Source of the DNA: Mobula hypostoma
Taxonomy: Eukaryota
Direction of reading: 5' to 3'
Assembly (NCBI RefSeq): GCF_963921235.1
Contig: NC_086097.1
Coordinates: 136,092,001 to 136,156,000, forward strand
Length of the DNA: 64,000 nt
Shown: positions 1 through 12,289 of the stretch, in pieces
Numbering within the stretch: position 1 is the first letter of the stretch
Layout of the letters: each line of letters opens with the position of its first letter
Translations under genes and position numbers: made by a program
The notes under the pieces: generated by a model
Told to the model about the DNA's origin: nothing
The model's input: the letters and a program-made list of their open reading frames with translations, nothing else
Database searches by the model: none

Positions 1-686
1 AAAGTATAGACAGTACAGTGTGGAGTATCTGAAATATGGATTTCAGATACCAGCACCAAGCAACCAACAGCGGCCAAAGTGTCTGTCGTGTGAAAAAGTT
101 TTTTTTCAGATGAGCCACTGTACAGGCTCCTTGAATATTTGAAGAGAATACATTTTGATAAAGCAAACAACAACTTGGCTTACTTTCAGACACTTAGTGA
201 AAACTTTCAGAATTGGAAAGCATTTCAAAACTTGTTAACCAGAACTTCTCAATAAAACAGCATTGGCTTGCGTGCTTTCATCCAACATTCCATTCCTCTT
301 TGCTAAATCTGGAAAGCCCCATACAATTGGAGAAGAACTGACCTTGCCAGCAATAAGAGAGGTTCTGAGTATGGTTTTGCATCAGTCGCCAGATCAAATA
401 ATTAAAGCAAATCCACTCAATGATAACTCTGTTCAAAGACGAATAGATGAAATGTTTGAGAATGTGGAAGACACATTGCGCAACATTCTTAGGACAGCAG
501 AATTTGCTCTGCAGTTGGAGGAGTCAACTTTGCCAAGCAAAGTTTCTTTTTGGTTATGTTCATTTCATAGATGCTGAACGCATGGTTCAAGAGTTGTTAT
601 TTGCAGGACCAGATACAAAGAGAGAGTTAATATTTCAGGTTATTTTTCCATTTTTCAAAGAGAAGGACATTTTGCTCACCAACATA
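1..686 (+). mobile_element. Buster/Charlie-type hAT transposase fossil, 5' part (runs off left edge)
   Basis: Translates KYRQYSVEYLKYGF (BED-finger region) and FAKSGKPHTIGEELTLPA...PLNDNSVQRRIDEM...EFALQLEEST, typical of Buster/SCAND3/ZBED5-like transposases; frameshifted. Confidence 0.85.
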
Positions 687-1910
687 AACACGAGGAAATC
701 TGCAGATGCTGGAATTTCAAGCAACGCGTATAAAAGTTGCTGGTGAACGCAGCAGGCCAGGCAGCATCTCTAGGAAGAGGTACAGTCGACGTTTCTGGCC
801 GAGACCCTTCATCAGGACTAACTGAAAGAAGAGCTAGAAAGAGATTTGAAAGTGGGAGGGGGAGGGGGAGGTCCAAAATGATAGGAGAGGACAGGAGGGG
901 GAGGGATGGAGCCAAGAGCTGGACAGGTGATTGGCAAAAGGGATATGAGAGGATCATGGGACAGGAGGCCCAGGGAGAAGGAAAAGGGGGAGCGGGGGAA
1001 AAAACCCAGAGGATGGGCAAGGGGTATAGTGAGAGGGAGAGAGGGAGTAAAAGGAGAGAGAGAGAAAGAAGGCGTGTACATAAATAAATAACGAATGGGG
1101 TACCAGGGGGAGGTGGGGCATTAGCAGAAGTTTGAGAAGTCAATATTCATGCCATCAGGTTGGAGGCTACCCAGAAGGAATACAAGGTGTTGTTCCTCCA
1201 ACCTGAGTGTGGCTTCATCTTTACAGTAGAGGAGGCCGTGGATAGACATATCAGAATGGGAATGGGACATGGAATTAAAATGTGTGGCCACTGGGAGATC
1301 CTGCTTTTTTTGGCAGACAGAGCGTAGGTGTTCAGCAAAACGATCTCCCAGTCTGCACCGGGTCTCACTAACATCAGGAGCATCGGACGCGGTATATCAC
1401 CCCAGCTGACTCACAGGTGAAGTGTCGCCTCACCTGGAAGGACTATCTGGGGCCCCGAATGGTGATGAGGGAGGAAGTGTAAGGGCATGTGTAGCACTTG
1501 TTCCGCTTACAAGGATAAGTGCAGGGAGGGAGATCGGTGGGGAGGGATGGGGGGGACGAATGGACAAGGGAGTCACGTAGGGAGTGATTCCTGCGGAAAG
1601 TGGGGGGCGGGGAGGGAAAGATGTGCTTAGTGGTGGGATCATGTTGGAGGTGGCGGAAGTTACGGAGAATTATATGTTGGACCCGGAGGCTGGTGGGGTG
1701 ATAGGTGAGGACAAGGGGAACCCTATTCCTGGTGGGGTGGCGGGAGGATGGAGTGAGAGCAGATGTGCCTGAAATGGGGGAGATGCATTTGAGAGCAGAG
1801 TTGATGGTGGAGGAAGGGAAGCCCCTTTCTTTAAAAAAGGAGGACATCTCCCTCATCCTGGAAAGAAAAGCCTCATCCTGAGAGCAGATGCAGCGGAGAC
1901 GGAGGAATTG
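687..1910 (-). mobile_element. Penelope-like element (PLE), 3' portion with terminal repeat
   Basis: ORF 1443-1856(-) MSSFFKERGFP...RVPLVLTYHP...CTYPCKRNKCYTC matches the RT C-terminus and Cys linker preceding the GIY-YIG domain; followed by a pyrimidine-rich UTR and a terminal repeat with a hammerhead motif. Confidence 0.85.
783..820 (-). ncRNA. Minimal hammerhead ribozyme motif in PLE terminal repeat
   Basis: Minus strand reads TAGTC-CTGATGA-A-GGGTCTCGGCCA-GAAAC-GTC-GACTG: CUGAUGA and GAAA cores, stem I AGTC/GACT, stem II with one mismatch. Confidence 0.75.
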
Positions 1911-1946
1911 CTTTTAAAAAAGGAGGACATCTCCTCATCCCGGAAT

Positions 1947-2354
1947 GAAAGGGGCTTCCCTTCCTCCACCATCAACTCTGCACTCAAACGCATCTCCCCC
2001 ATTTCATGCACATCTGTTCTCACTCCATCCTCCCGCCACCCCACTAGGAATAGGGTTCCCTTTGTCCTCACCTACCACTCCACCAGCCTCCAGGTCCAAC
2101 ATGTAATTCTCTGTAACTTCTGCCACCTCCAACGGGATCCCACTACTAAGCACATCTTTTCCTCTCCCCCCCCTCTGCTTTCCGCAGGGATCACTCCCTA
2201 CGTGACTCCCTTGTCTGTTCGTCCCCCCCGTCCCTCCCCACAGATCTCCCTCCTGGCACTTTTCCTTGTAAGCGGAACAAGTGCTACACATGCCCTTACA
2301 CTTCCTCCCTCACCACCATTCAGGGCCCCAGACAGTCCTTCTAGGTGAGGCGAC
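1947..2354 (+). mobile_element. Inverted duplicate arm of the adjacent Penelope-like element
   Basis: Reverse complement of ~1424-1829; encodes ERGFPSSTINSALKRISPIS...RVPFVLTYH. Confidence 0.85.
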
Positions 2355-2356
2355 GT

Positions 2357-2655
2357 AGAGGGGAACGCTTTCAAAACAGAGATGCAGAGAAATTTCTTTA
2401 GCCAAAGGGTGGTGAATTTGTAAAATTTGTTGTCACATGCAGCTGTGGAGGCCAGGTTGCTGGGTGTATTTAAGGCAGAGATTGATAGGTTCCTGATTGG
2501 ACATGGCATCAAAGGTTACGGGAAGAAGGCTGGGAACTGGGGTTGAGGAAGAGAAAAAAAAGATCAGCCATGATTGAATGGTGGAGCAGACTTGATGGGT
2601 CAGATGGCCTAATTCTGCTCCTATGTGTTATGGTCTTATGGTCTTATAGTCTTAT
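2357..2655 (+). mobile_element. CR1-type LINE 3' end
   Basis: RNFFSQRVVNL-type C-terminal motif, AATTCTGCTCCTATG 3' UTR and (GGTCTTAT)n tail. Confidence 0.8.
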
Positions 2656-2656
2656 A

Positions 2657-3262
2657 AAAGCAAGGAGATAATGCTGAGCCTATAAGACACTAGTCAGGCT
2701 GCACTTGGAGTGTTGTCAACAGTTTTGGGTCCCATATCTCAGAAAGGATATGTTGCCATTGCAGAGTGTTCAAAGGAATTTCACAAGGATGATTCTGGGA
2801 ATGAGGGGTTAACATAGGAGGAAAGTTTGGCAGCTTTGGGACTGAACTCATTGGAATTTAGAGGAATGTGTGGGGATCTCATTGAAATCTAATGAATGTT
2901 AATAGGACTAGATAAGGTGGATGTGGAGAGGATGTTTCCTATGGTGGGTATATCCAGACCAGAAGGTACAGCCTCAAAATGGAGGGGCAAGCTTTTCGAA
3001 CAGAGTTAAGAAGGAATTTTTTTAGCCAGTGAGTAGTGAAGCTGTGGAATGCATTGCCACAGACTGCGGTGGAGCCCAAGTCCGTGGGCCTAATTTGGCG
3101 GAAATTGATTGTTTCCTGATCAGTCAGGGCATCAAAGGATATGGTGAGAAGGCAGGTGCATGGGGTTGAGAGGGACCTAGGATCACCCATGAAAGAATGG
3201 TGGAGCAGTATCAATGGTCTGAATGGTCTAATTCTGTTCCTATGTATTGTGCTCTTATGGTC
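2657..3262 (+). mobile_element. CR1-type LINE 3' fragment
   Basis: Degenerate LVRLHLECCQQFW / RRNFFSQ*VVKLWNALP motifs; same 3' UTR ending CTTATGGTC. Confidence 0.8.
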
Positions 3263-3733
3263 GTATATTTAGTGGAGCACAGTTTCAGTACAATCACCCA
3301 ATTTCTTTCAAAGCAACAAAAAGACTGCAAATAGCTGAACGTGGGAATGTGAGACTCCTTCTGAGTGACATCCAGCCTGACGTTGAGAAGCTGATATCAC
3401 TGCACCCAAGCCCATCCAATCTCATTGAAAGGTGAAAAAGCAATGAGGTTGTGAATAGTTGGACTGCTAATGGACATTCTAAAGTCGTTGATGAAAATTG
3501 TTTTTACTGTAATTAAATAAAGAAATAAATTTATTTGTAGCTTTGAATAGATTTGAATAATTTTTGCAATTATTTGTCACTGCTTTGAATTTGCAGTTCT
3601 TATATTCTTTCACTGTTTATCTTAGATCAAAATTCTTTATAGTTTTTATACAATGGCGGAAAGGGAGAGGGGGCACTGGGGATGTGGGATGGGAACAAGG
3701 GGGAAGTAACCCAACAATGTTTGGGAACCACTG
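3263..3733 (+). mobile_element. hAT (Buster/Charlie) 3' part with right TIR
   Basis: RLQIAERGNVRLLLSDIQPDVEKL C-terminal region; TIR GTTTGGGAACCACTG at 3719-3733, followed by CTCTAGGG (close to the NTCTAGAN target preference). Confidence 0.8.
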
Positions 3734-3740
3734 CTCTAGG

Positions 3741-3910
3741 GCAACACACTCAAAATGCTGGAGGAACTCAGCAGGTCAGGTAGAATGGGTGGAAATGTAT
3801 AAACAGTCAACTTTTCAGGTTGAAACCCTTCCTGCCTGACCTGCTGTGTTCCTTTAGCATTTTGTGGGTGTTGCTCTGGATTTCTGGCATCTGCAGGATT
3901 TCTTGTGCTT
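3741..3910. mobile_element. Fold-back mini-element derived from PLE terminal repeat
   Basis: CAACACACTCAAAATGCTGGAGGAACTCAGCAGGTCAGG is inverted as CCTGACCTGCTGTGTTCCTTTAGCATTTTGTGGGTGTTG, with a decayed hammerhead between the arms. Confidence 0.7.
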
Positions 3911-4370
3911 GGTACAAGCTCTCAACACCCAGACTAAACACCATTTGTTACAGAGTTGAAGATGTTGCCGTGAGTATACAACTAAACAGAAGCTTAAGCA
4001 AAAAGCACAAACCTGTCCAGCAGCAGTGCATGAAGTGCAAGGTTACACCTTTAACATTGAGAAAAAGCAGGAACATTCAGCTATGTAGTTTCAACGGGAC
4101 AGAATTAGAATGTCCTACACCCAGATTGGTTTCACTAGCCACAAAATATCAGTTGGAAGTTAAATTGTGAACAGGTTTTAATTCCTGAAGACTGGCTCTC
4201 ATTTTAGTTAATCCATAATTATTCTATCCCTGATGTCGTGGAACTCCAGAATGATCCCTAACAGCCCGACTGACAAGTGAACTCACCTTCAATAGCAACA
4301 GCAAACCTGAAAGCACTGAAGGGTGCCTGGAGCCACAGTAAGTTCCAGAGCTCTGTGTCATTTTCTCTCC

Positions 4371-5083
4371 AAAGACCGAGGAACTGATTGTGGACGTCAG
4401 GAAAGGAAAGTCGAGGGAAAACACAGCAGTTCTCGTAGAGCGATCAGAAATGGAGAGGGGGAGCAGTTTCAAGTTCCAGGGTGTCAGCATCTCTGAGAAT
4501 CTGTCCTGGCCCCAACACATTGCTACAACTGCAAAGAGGGCACAACAGAGGCTATACTTCATTAGGAGTTTGAGGAGAGTTGGTACGTCACCGAAGGCAC
4601 TCACAAATATCTACAGATATGCCATGGAGAGCATTTTAACTGGTTACATTACCCTTTGGTATGGAGTGGCCACTGCACAGGATTGGAAAGAGGTGCAGAT
4701 AGTTGTAAATTCAGTCAGCTACATCATGGGCTCTAGCCTCCCCAGCATTATGAACACCTCCAAAAGGCAATGCCAGGACCCCCATCACCTCTTCTCATGC
4801 TCTCTTCTTATTGCTATCATCAAGGAGGAAGCACAGGAGCCTGAAGACACACGCTCAATGTTTCAGGAACAGCTTTTCCCTCTCTGCCATCTGATTTCTG
4901 AATGGAAAATGCATCCATGAACACTACCGCAGAATACTTTCCTCTCTGTTTGCAGTACTTATTTCATTCTATTCTTATTGTCATTCATAGTTTTTGTTAC
5001 TGTGCATTGTAATGTACTTATGCCGCAAAACAACATATCTCACGACACGTGCCAGTGATATTAAATTTGATTCTGATTCTGAA
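4371..5083 (+). mobile_element. Rex/Babar-type LINE 3' fragment
   Basis: SFKFQGVSISENLSW...KRAQQRLYFIRSLRR...ESILTGYITLWYG; (TGATTC)n tail. Confidence 0.8.
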
Positions 5084-7116
5084 ATCTGCGTCTGCACTCT
5101 GGAATGTGTGTTGCAATCAACAGGTTTTGAGCAGACCAAAGTGTGTCTTTTGCGATGTTGCTGATAGTCCAGCGGCAATCAGTGTTAGGCTCCGTGTGTG
5201 TCCCTGGGAAGGGAACAGAGTTCCAGGTTATGCAGCTGTTTGGAAAAGCTCCATGTTATTTTTAACGGAGTAGACATGTCACGAGGGGGGACGGCGTTGC
5301 TACTTGTAACAGGGGCCAGGTGAACGTTCTCAGTGCTACGACCACAGACCCCATGGATAAATCGTGCTGTATTCTTGCTATCGATATGGCAAATACATTG
5401 ATCTCAAACCAATTAGCAAACAGGTTCCAAAATGTTTGTGTGAACAAACCCGTTTTTAAACAGCTCTCACCCAACAATTTCGTGCAGGCAAATGTTCAGG
5501 TTGGGATTAAGTTACTAATATTTGCAAATTGTTTTTTAATGACAGGAAGTTGCAATGGTTTCCTCATCAAACATAGTCTCATCTGTATTTTTTTTTTCCC
5601 TGGGTGCATCTATAACAGCACATGTTTTCTGTAAGTGAGTCAATTGCAGATTGAGGTTGCAGACAGGAGAATCTAATAGACCTGGTAACTGAGAATAATA
5701 CATTCTGAGATTCCAGACACTCTTGTCTCATTTAAACACCAGCACAGTTATGAGTGTTAGGAAAATGGTCCAAAGTAAACAAGCACAGAAGAGAGGAAGT
5801 CATCAGATGTTAGCTGCTTTTGGGTGTATAAGCAGACTGTGTAATGCTGACTGATGTGACAGGTTAAATATCGCAGGGGTTCACTTTAACCAGGGGCCAT
5901 CTCTAGGTCAGGGCTTTACAATCCCACAAGTATAAAAGTCAATCGATAGTAACATCAGGTGGGCTTTTAACCAGCACTTCACCCAAAATGACCGGTTTCC
6001 GACGAGACTGATTGTGTGCGTAGATTTACGTCTCAATCCGTTACAGACACACAGGCCGCTTAGCTCTCTGGGCCCCCGGTAGCATTCATCCTCCACAAGA
6101 TCTTCTTCCCATGGGGTCGGGCTTGGAGGGATTGTCCACAAGATTAGAGTGAGATTAGGGAGACTATTTTTACTGTAGACGGTACACTGCTTTGCCACAA
6201 GGAACAACGAATAATTAAAGCAGTTTTGATTTAATTTCCGTCCGTCCACTGTCGGTGGCTGCATTTCTCTGTGTGCCTATCAGTGTCACAGACTGCATTG
6301 ACGTTCCAGCCAGTGATGTACTGGTACAATCAGACAGAGATACAGCGTGGTAACAAGCCTTTCAGCCCACTGAACGCACTTTGAACCCTACACACTAAAT
6401 GCAACAACAGTCCAATGCTGCTGAATGGACTGCTTCGGGAGTTTCCCCTGATGGGATGGAACTGGGAAACTCCAGAACAAACAGGGGAGCAGCCTGAAAC
6501 TTCAAGCCAGGCCTTCAGAAACAATGTTCAGTAGCTCCTCTTCACAGTCCGAACATATACCTCCAAAGGGCTTTGGAGGTTGGGGATTAGTTGACCATCG
6601 GGTCAAATGATGAATATTTGGTGGTGAAGAATGCTGAGGGATACACGATGGAGTTAAAGTACAGATCAGTTTTAATCAAATTGTATGCAGGCATAGATGC
6701 TGCTACTGCAGATTATTGTGGTACATTGATTTTTGTTGTAGTTCTTCTACTGCCTTAACCCATGAGCCTATGCATCCCATAGAGAGGACTGTGGGCACCT
6801 CTTTGCCACCTTATGCATCCTCTGAGTTGTGTTGCTTGGAGCTGGACTGATGAAACCCTGAGAGTAGGGATGCGCTAGATGCCTGCAATGTGCTAACTGA
6901 ACACTAGGTGTCTCCCTAATGAGAACAACAATGTTGTACGTTCTCCGATGGAAGTCAATGCCGACTATTGGTGGCTCAGGAGAGCAAGCAAAGAATCGCA
7001 GACCAGCATCGTTACAGTCATGGAGGTCTACAGCACGGAGACAGACTCTCTGACCTGCTCGTCCATTCTGGCCAAGATGCTGACCTAAGGTAGGTCAACT
7101 TCCCTCTAAACCTTTC

Positions 7117-7949
7117 ATTAGATTAGATTCAATTTTATTGTCATTGTGTCGAGTACAGATACAAAGCCAATGAAATGCAGTTAGCATCTGACTAGAAATG
7201 CAAAGAATAGTGTTATTTACAAAATAACTGTGAATAAAAAGTAAGTGCTACAGCACACAAATATAAAAGTACTGAGACAGTACAATATGATGCAATACTG
7301 CTTAGCGCTGTGATGTGAGGTTCAGCAGGGTCACAGCCTCAGGGAAGAAACTCTTCCTGTGCCTGCTGGTGTGGGAGCGGAGGCTCCTGTAGCGCCTACT
7401 GGATGGGAGGAGCGTAAAAAGTCCATGGTTTGGGTTTGATGCATCCTTGATAATGCTTTTCACCCTGCCCAGGCAGCGTTTATGGTAGATGTTCTCAATG
7501 GTGGGCAATTGGGTGCCGATAGTCCGCTGGGCAGTTTTCACCACACGCTGGAATGCTTTGCGGTCCGATATGGGACAATTGCCGTACCACACTGAGTTGC
7601 AGTTGGTGAGTATGCTCTCAATGGTACAGCGGTAAAAGTCCGTCAGTATCCTGGGACAGAGGTGAGCTTTCTTGATGCTCCGCTGGAAATAAAGGCACTG
7701 TTGCACCTTTTTGATCAGGATGGAGGAGTTCAGGGACCAGGTGAGATCCTCGGAAATGTGGACACCAAGAAGTTTGAAGCTTGATATACGCTCCACTACA
7801 GCTCCGTTGATGTAGATGGGGATGTGAGTGTGGCTCCTAGCATGCCTGAAGTCCACAATGATCTCCTTGGTCTCCTGGGTGTTAAGGGCCAGGTTATTGC
7901 CGGCACACCACGCGGCCAGGTGCTGGACCTCGTCCCTGTAGGCCATCTC
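7117..7949 (-). mobile_element. Rex/Babar LINE family B, 5'-truncated, little diverged
   Basis: Open ORF AYRDEVQHLAAWC...LALNTQETKEIIVDFR...SFFPEAVTLLN; (CTAAT)n tail; near-identical to 33165-34130. Confidence 0.9.
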
Positions 7950-8089
7950 ATACCATACCAGTGCAAATGAAAACATTGTAATTGTTCCTACTTCAATCAC
8001 TTCCTCTGACAGCTCATTTTACATTCCCCCCCATCAGATGATAGGTGCTTATGGTGCTGCTGCAAGTATCTTTTCCATCGTACCTGTGT

Positions 8090-8580
8090 ACGTCATTCTA
8101 CAGCTGCGTAGTAGACAGCATCCTAACACGTTGCATCACTGCGTGGTATGGAAACTGCACTGTGGTGGACAGGAAGCCAACAACATCATAAAGGATTCCA
8201 CCCATCCTGCTCTGGTTCGGTTTGTCGCACTCTCATCAGGGAGGAAGCTATGTAGCATCCACACCAGACACAAAAACAGTTTTTCCCTAAGCAGTACGAC
8301 TGATCAACACCTCCAAACACTAACTCAACACTACTAATGTATCATTTCTTGTCAGTCACTTTATGTACAAAGACCAGTGTGTCTAGTGTCACTTTATGGA
8401 CATACAAGTAATCTATGTTTCTAAGCTATCCTATGTATTTATATTTATTGTGCTTTTTTAAAACTATCATGTTCTTTATCTCATTGTGTTTCGTTTTTGT
8501 GCTGCGGTGGATACAGAGTAACAATTTTTTCATTCTCCTTTACATTATGTACTGGAAATGACATCGAACAATCTTGAAAA
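8090..8580 (+). mobile_element. Degenerate Rex/Babar 3' fragment
   Basis: ANNIIKDSTHPA...LSSGRKLCSIHTR remnant followed by an AT-rich UTR. Confidence 0.6.
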
Positions 8581-9427
8581 AATATACACATGCAAATGAC
8601 AGTAAACTTGACTTCGGCTTTGACTTTGATGACCTCCATGTGAAAAAAATTGTTACTCCAGTTCCCTTTAAATCTTTCAAAGTTCAAAGTAAATTAATTA
8701 GAAAAGATAATGGCCTTTTATGTCATCATATACTCTGAGATTAATTTTCTTGTGGGTGTTCACAATAGACAAAGAAATGCAATAGTATCAATGAAAAGCA
8801 AACAACCAATGTGTAAGTGCAAAAAAAAACATAATTTTGAGAAAATGAGTTGTAGAGCCCTTGGATGCAAGTCCATAGTTTCCCCTCTCACTTTAAACCT
8901 AGCTTTCGATTCCCCTACCCTCGGGAAAAGACTTTGGTTATTTATCTTATTTATGCCTGCCCTCAGTTTTAACTCTGTCTCCTGCACTGTTAATAATTGA
9001 AACAACTCCCCTCTCCTTTACCCCATCAACAGTATTCCCAATTTTTGTCCATTTCCAGCAACTCTATCTTCAACACAGTTCAAGCAAGGACATCTGCAAG
9101 CTGAATATTGAGCATTCTTCAGGGAAGACCCCATCAACTGTTTATAGAGGCAACAGAGCAACAGGATGCAACACATTGGGGAATGAAGCAACATTAGTCA
9201 AGATAAGTCACAGAAAAACTTTCGGTCTGATGAGTCAGTTTTGTGAGATAATGTTAAGAGGAGAATGAATCAGAGGCTATGAGATGAACTATGCCTGTAA
9301 TTTGAGTCAACTGGGAAAAGAAAGTAACTTGCATTTTTTTCCGAGTCTGAAGACACAGTGTATGACAGGAGGGGCCCTGGCCTCTTTTGTAACGCTATAC
9401 TACAGAGTACAAATACAAGGAAGCTGT

Positions 9428-9570
9428 GTTGGGGGCAGCACAATGATGCAGGTGATAGAGCCATCTCTTAGACCCCAGTGACTGGGGTTCAATCCTTACC
9501 CCTGGCACTGTCGGTGTGGAGTTTGCATTTTCTCGCTGAGACGGCAGGAGGGCCTCCTGGGTGCTCCACT
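9428..9570 (+). mobile_element. tRNA-derived SINE 5' part (HE1/V-SINE-like)
   Basis: GGGGGCAGCAC... start, B-box GGTTCAATCC, then GTGTGGAGTTTGCATTTTCTC core. Confidence 0.65.
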
Positions 9571-9889
9571 TTCAGAATCAGAATCAGGTTTATCATCACT
9601 GTGGTAAGCTGTTGTTCTGCAGCAGCAATACAGTGCAATGCATAAAAATTAAAATGAATTAAAGTTAAAATACATAAACAACAAATAAGCAGTGCAGAAT
9701 GAGTGCAAAACAACCAGGTAGTGTTCATGTGTTTGCTGCCTCATCCCAAAGACTGGCCACTGTAAATCACCTGTAGTATAACTGAGCGGTGGGAGAATCA
9801 GTGGGGATGGGAGGGGGGTGGAAGGGGGCCGGGGGGGGGGGGAGAGGTGACAAGCAAGTAAGAGAGAAAAGGTCAAGGGAAGATACATA

Positions 9890-10780
9890 AGAAATAGAAG
9901 TTTATAAGATTATGAGAGTTATAGATAGAGTAGAGAGTCGGTATCTTTTTCCCAGGATCAAAATGTCTCATACTAGAGTGCATGTATTTAAGTTAAGAGG
10001 GGGAAAGCTCAAATGAGACGTGTGACACAAGTTTGCTTTACACAGAGACATTGAGTAACTGGGGTGCACTACCAGGAGATGTAGAAGAGGCAAATACCAT
10101 TGAGGCATTTAGGGAGCTCTAGGCAGGCACACGAAAGTGCAGAGAATGGAGGGATATGGGCATTGTGTCGGCAGAAGGGATTAGTGAAGTTGGGCTTTTA
10201 ATTACTAGTTTAATTAGCCTGATGAAGCTTTATGGGCTGTAGGGTGCGTTGCTATGCTGCACCATTCCATGCTCTGTGTCCCTTCAATGGGACTGATGGG
10301 ATTGCTCCATGTGCAGGCATAGACTTGATTAGCTGAATAAGAATATAGGAAATAAGATCAACAACTGGCCATTCAGCCCCTCAAATCTGGTCTGCTCTTC
10401 ATCAAGATCCTGACCTTCACCTTTGACCCCAACTCCATTTTCCTGCTCTATATCCTGTATCCCTTGATCCACGTGATACCCAGAAATCCACTGATCCCTT
10501 TATTGAATTAACTCTGTGACTAAGATATCAGTACCAACGAGGGTAGAGAACTTTAACAATTTACCACTCTCTGGATGAAGAAATATCTCTTTAGTTTAAT
10601 GCTAAATAGCCAACCTCTTATGCTGAGATAGTGAACCCTGGTCCTAGACCCCTCCTTGTATGCAGCCTATCAAAACCATTAAAAATTTTGCAATTTTCAA
10701 TGAAATCTCTTCTTTTTTAAACTCGAGAGAATGAAGACCCATCCTAAATCTCTCCTCATTCAACAAACTCACCACTCACT
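9890..10780. mobile_element. Two tail-to-tail CR1 3' fragments (+ ~9890-10280; - ~10340-10780)
   Basis: YKIMRVIDRV-type motif on the plus strand; CATTCAGCCCCTC...TTTACCACTCTCTGG reverse CR1 3' sequence. Confidence 0.6.
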
Positions 10781-11576
10781 CTCTGGAGAGCAAACATGAG
10801 AAAGAACTGTGGAAGCTGTTCTGAAGGGAACTTAGTAAAAAGGATTTGAGTAAAATTCATGAAAAGTGAAAACTGTGGGAAAAGAGCTGGGAAACTTGAG
10901 AGCTGTTTCAAAGGATCTGCACAGATTTGATTTGTTTCATGTCTCTGTGGCATTGTAACCAAGTCTAGAAAAATTGGCTGTTACCTCCTGAAAGGCATGT
11001 TGACGATGACTGCCAGCAGATACGCAGGACAGTGCAGTGGTGAGCTTACTGAGCAACCACCTCACATCTCCAGTGACCCCGGCTTGATCCTGACCTCTGG
11101 TGCTGTCAGAATGAAGATTGCACGTTCTCCATGCGACTGTGTGGGAGCAGATCACGTGCTCTGGTTACCTTCCATGTCCCACAGCAAGATCCCACAAATC
11201 ACAGTGAGGTAGGCAGCAGGATGAATGCTGTCCCAGGGCAAAATAATGGTGAGAAGACCCTGGATGACCTTCGTCTCCAGTGCCTGGTGGGCTGCTTGGA
11301 GTGAGGGGAAGGTTACTGAGGTCACAGCTAGCACACCTCCCACTGGTCTCCTCTGCCTCCCTATGCTCCACCTTTCTTACTTATCAGATTCCATCATCGG
11401 CAGCCCTTTGTTGACTCCAGCTATCACCTCCCAAGGCAGGAATGTCCTTTTCTTCATTGTCTTGTATAACTAATGTACAATTCCTGAACCTGGTTTTGTG
11501 GGCCCCTGTACCTCCTGCCCAAGGACAGCAGCGAGAAGAGGGCATGACTGGGTGGCGGGGTCCCTTGTTGACCCTG

Positions 11577-11812
11577 GGCCCAACATATGGAAAGATGGGG
11601 GCGCCACGGTTGTGTAACAGCTCGGTGCATTCTGAGTTCAATTCCTGCACTGTACGACCTCCCTGTGGAATGTATGGCTTTTCCCCAGGGTGCTCCAGTT
11701 TCCTCCCACACTCCAAAGACATACCGAAGAGGTTAATTGATCATTGTAAATTGTCCCATGATTAAGTTAGGGTTATTCAGGGTTGTGGGATTGCTGGGGC
11801 ACTGTGGCTCCA
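11577..11812 (+). mobile_element. tRNA-derived SINE
   Basis: GAGTTCAATTCC B-box; GGGTGCTCCAGTTTCCTCCCACACTCCAAAGAC core; TTAATTGATCATTGTAAATTGTCC. Confidence 0.7.
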
Positions 11813-12289
11813 AAGGTTCCATAAACCCATGAACACGACCTCACTATTTTCTCTCTTTTTAAACTATCTATTTATTTTTTTCTATATTCTTAGACGTTTG
11901 TAGTAATTTATAGTAATATGTATGTATTGCACTGTACTGCTGCCACAAAACCACATACGTCAGTGAGAATAAAGCTGATTCCAATTCTCATTCTGATGCT
12001 GATAGACACTACCTTCTTGAAGTTGTATTTTCTGTGGACACTGTCAATGGTGGGGAGTGCAGTACCCATGAAGGACCAGGCAATATCCCTACTCTCTACA
12101 ACTCCTTGTGTTCCTGTGCATTGGGCTTGCCATACCAGGCCATCGTATTCATTCAAACATTCATTCATTCATTCTTTTAACTGTCTATCTGTAGCAATGT
12201 GCTGCACACAGAGCTAGAAGTAACGACACACAGTCTGTAAATTGCACTTGAGACTAAATTATTCAAACTTCACGGCACTGGCTTTTACG

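Noticed and set aside
263..746. Host ZBED5/SCAND3-like gene
   Set aside because: It is frameshifted, interrupted and TIR-bearing, so it is a transposon fossil.
9428..9500. tRNA gene
   Set aside because: The B-box belongs to a SINE head; no cloverleaf forms.
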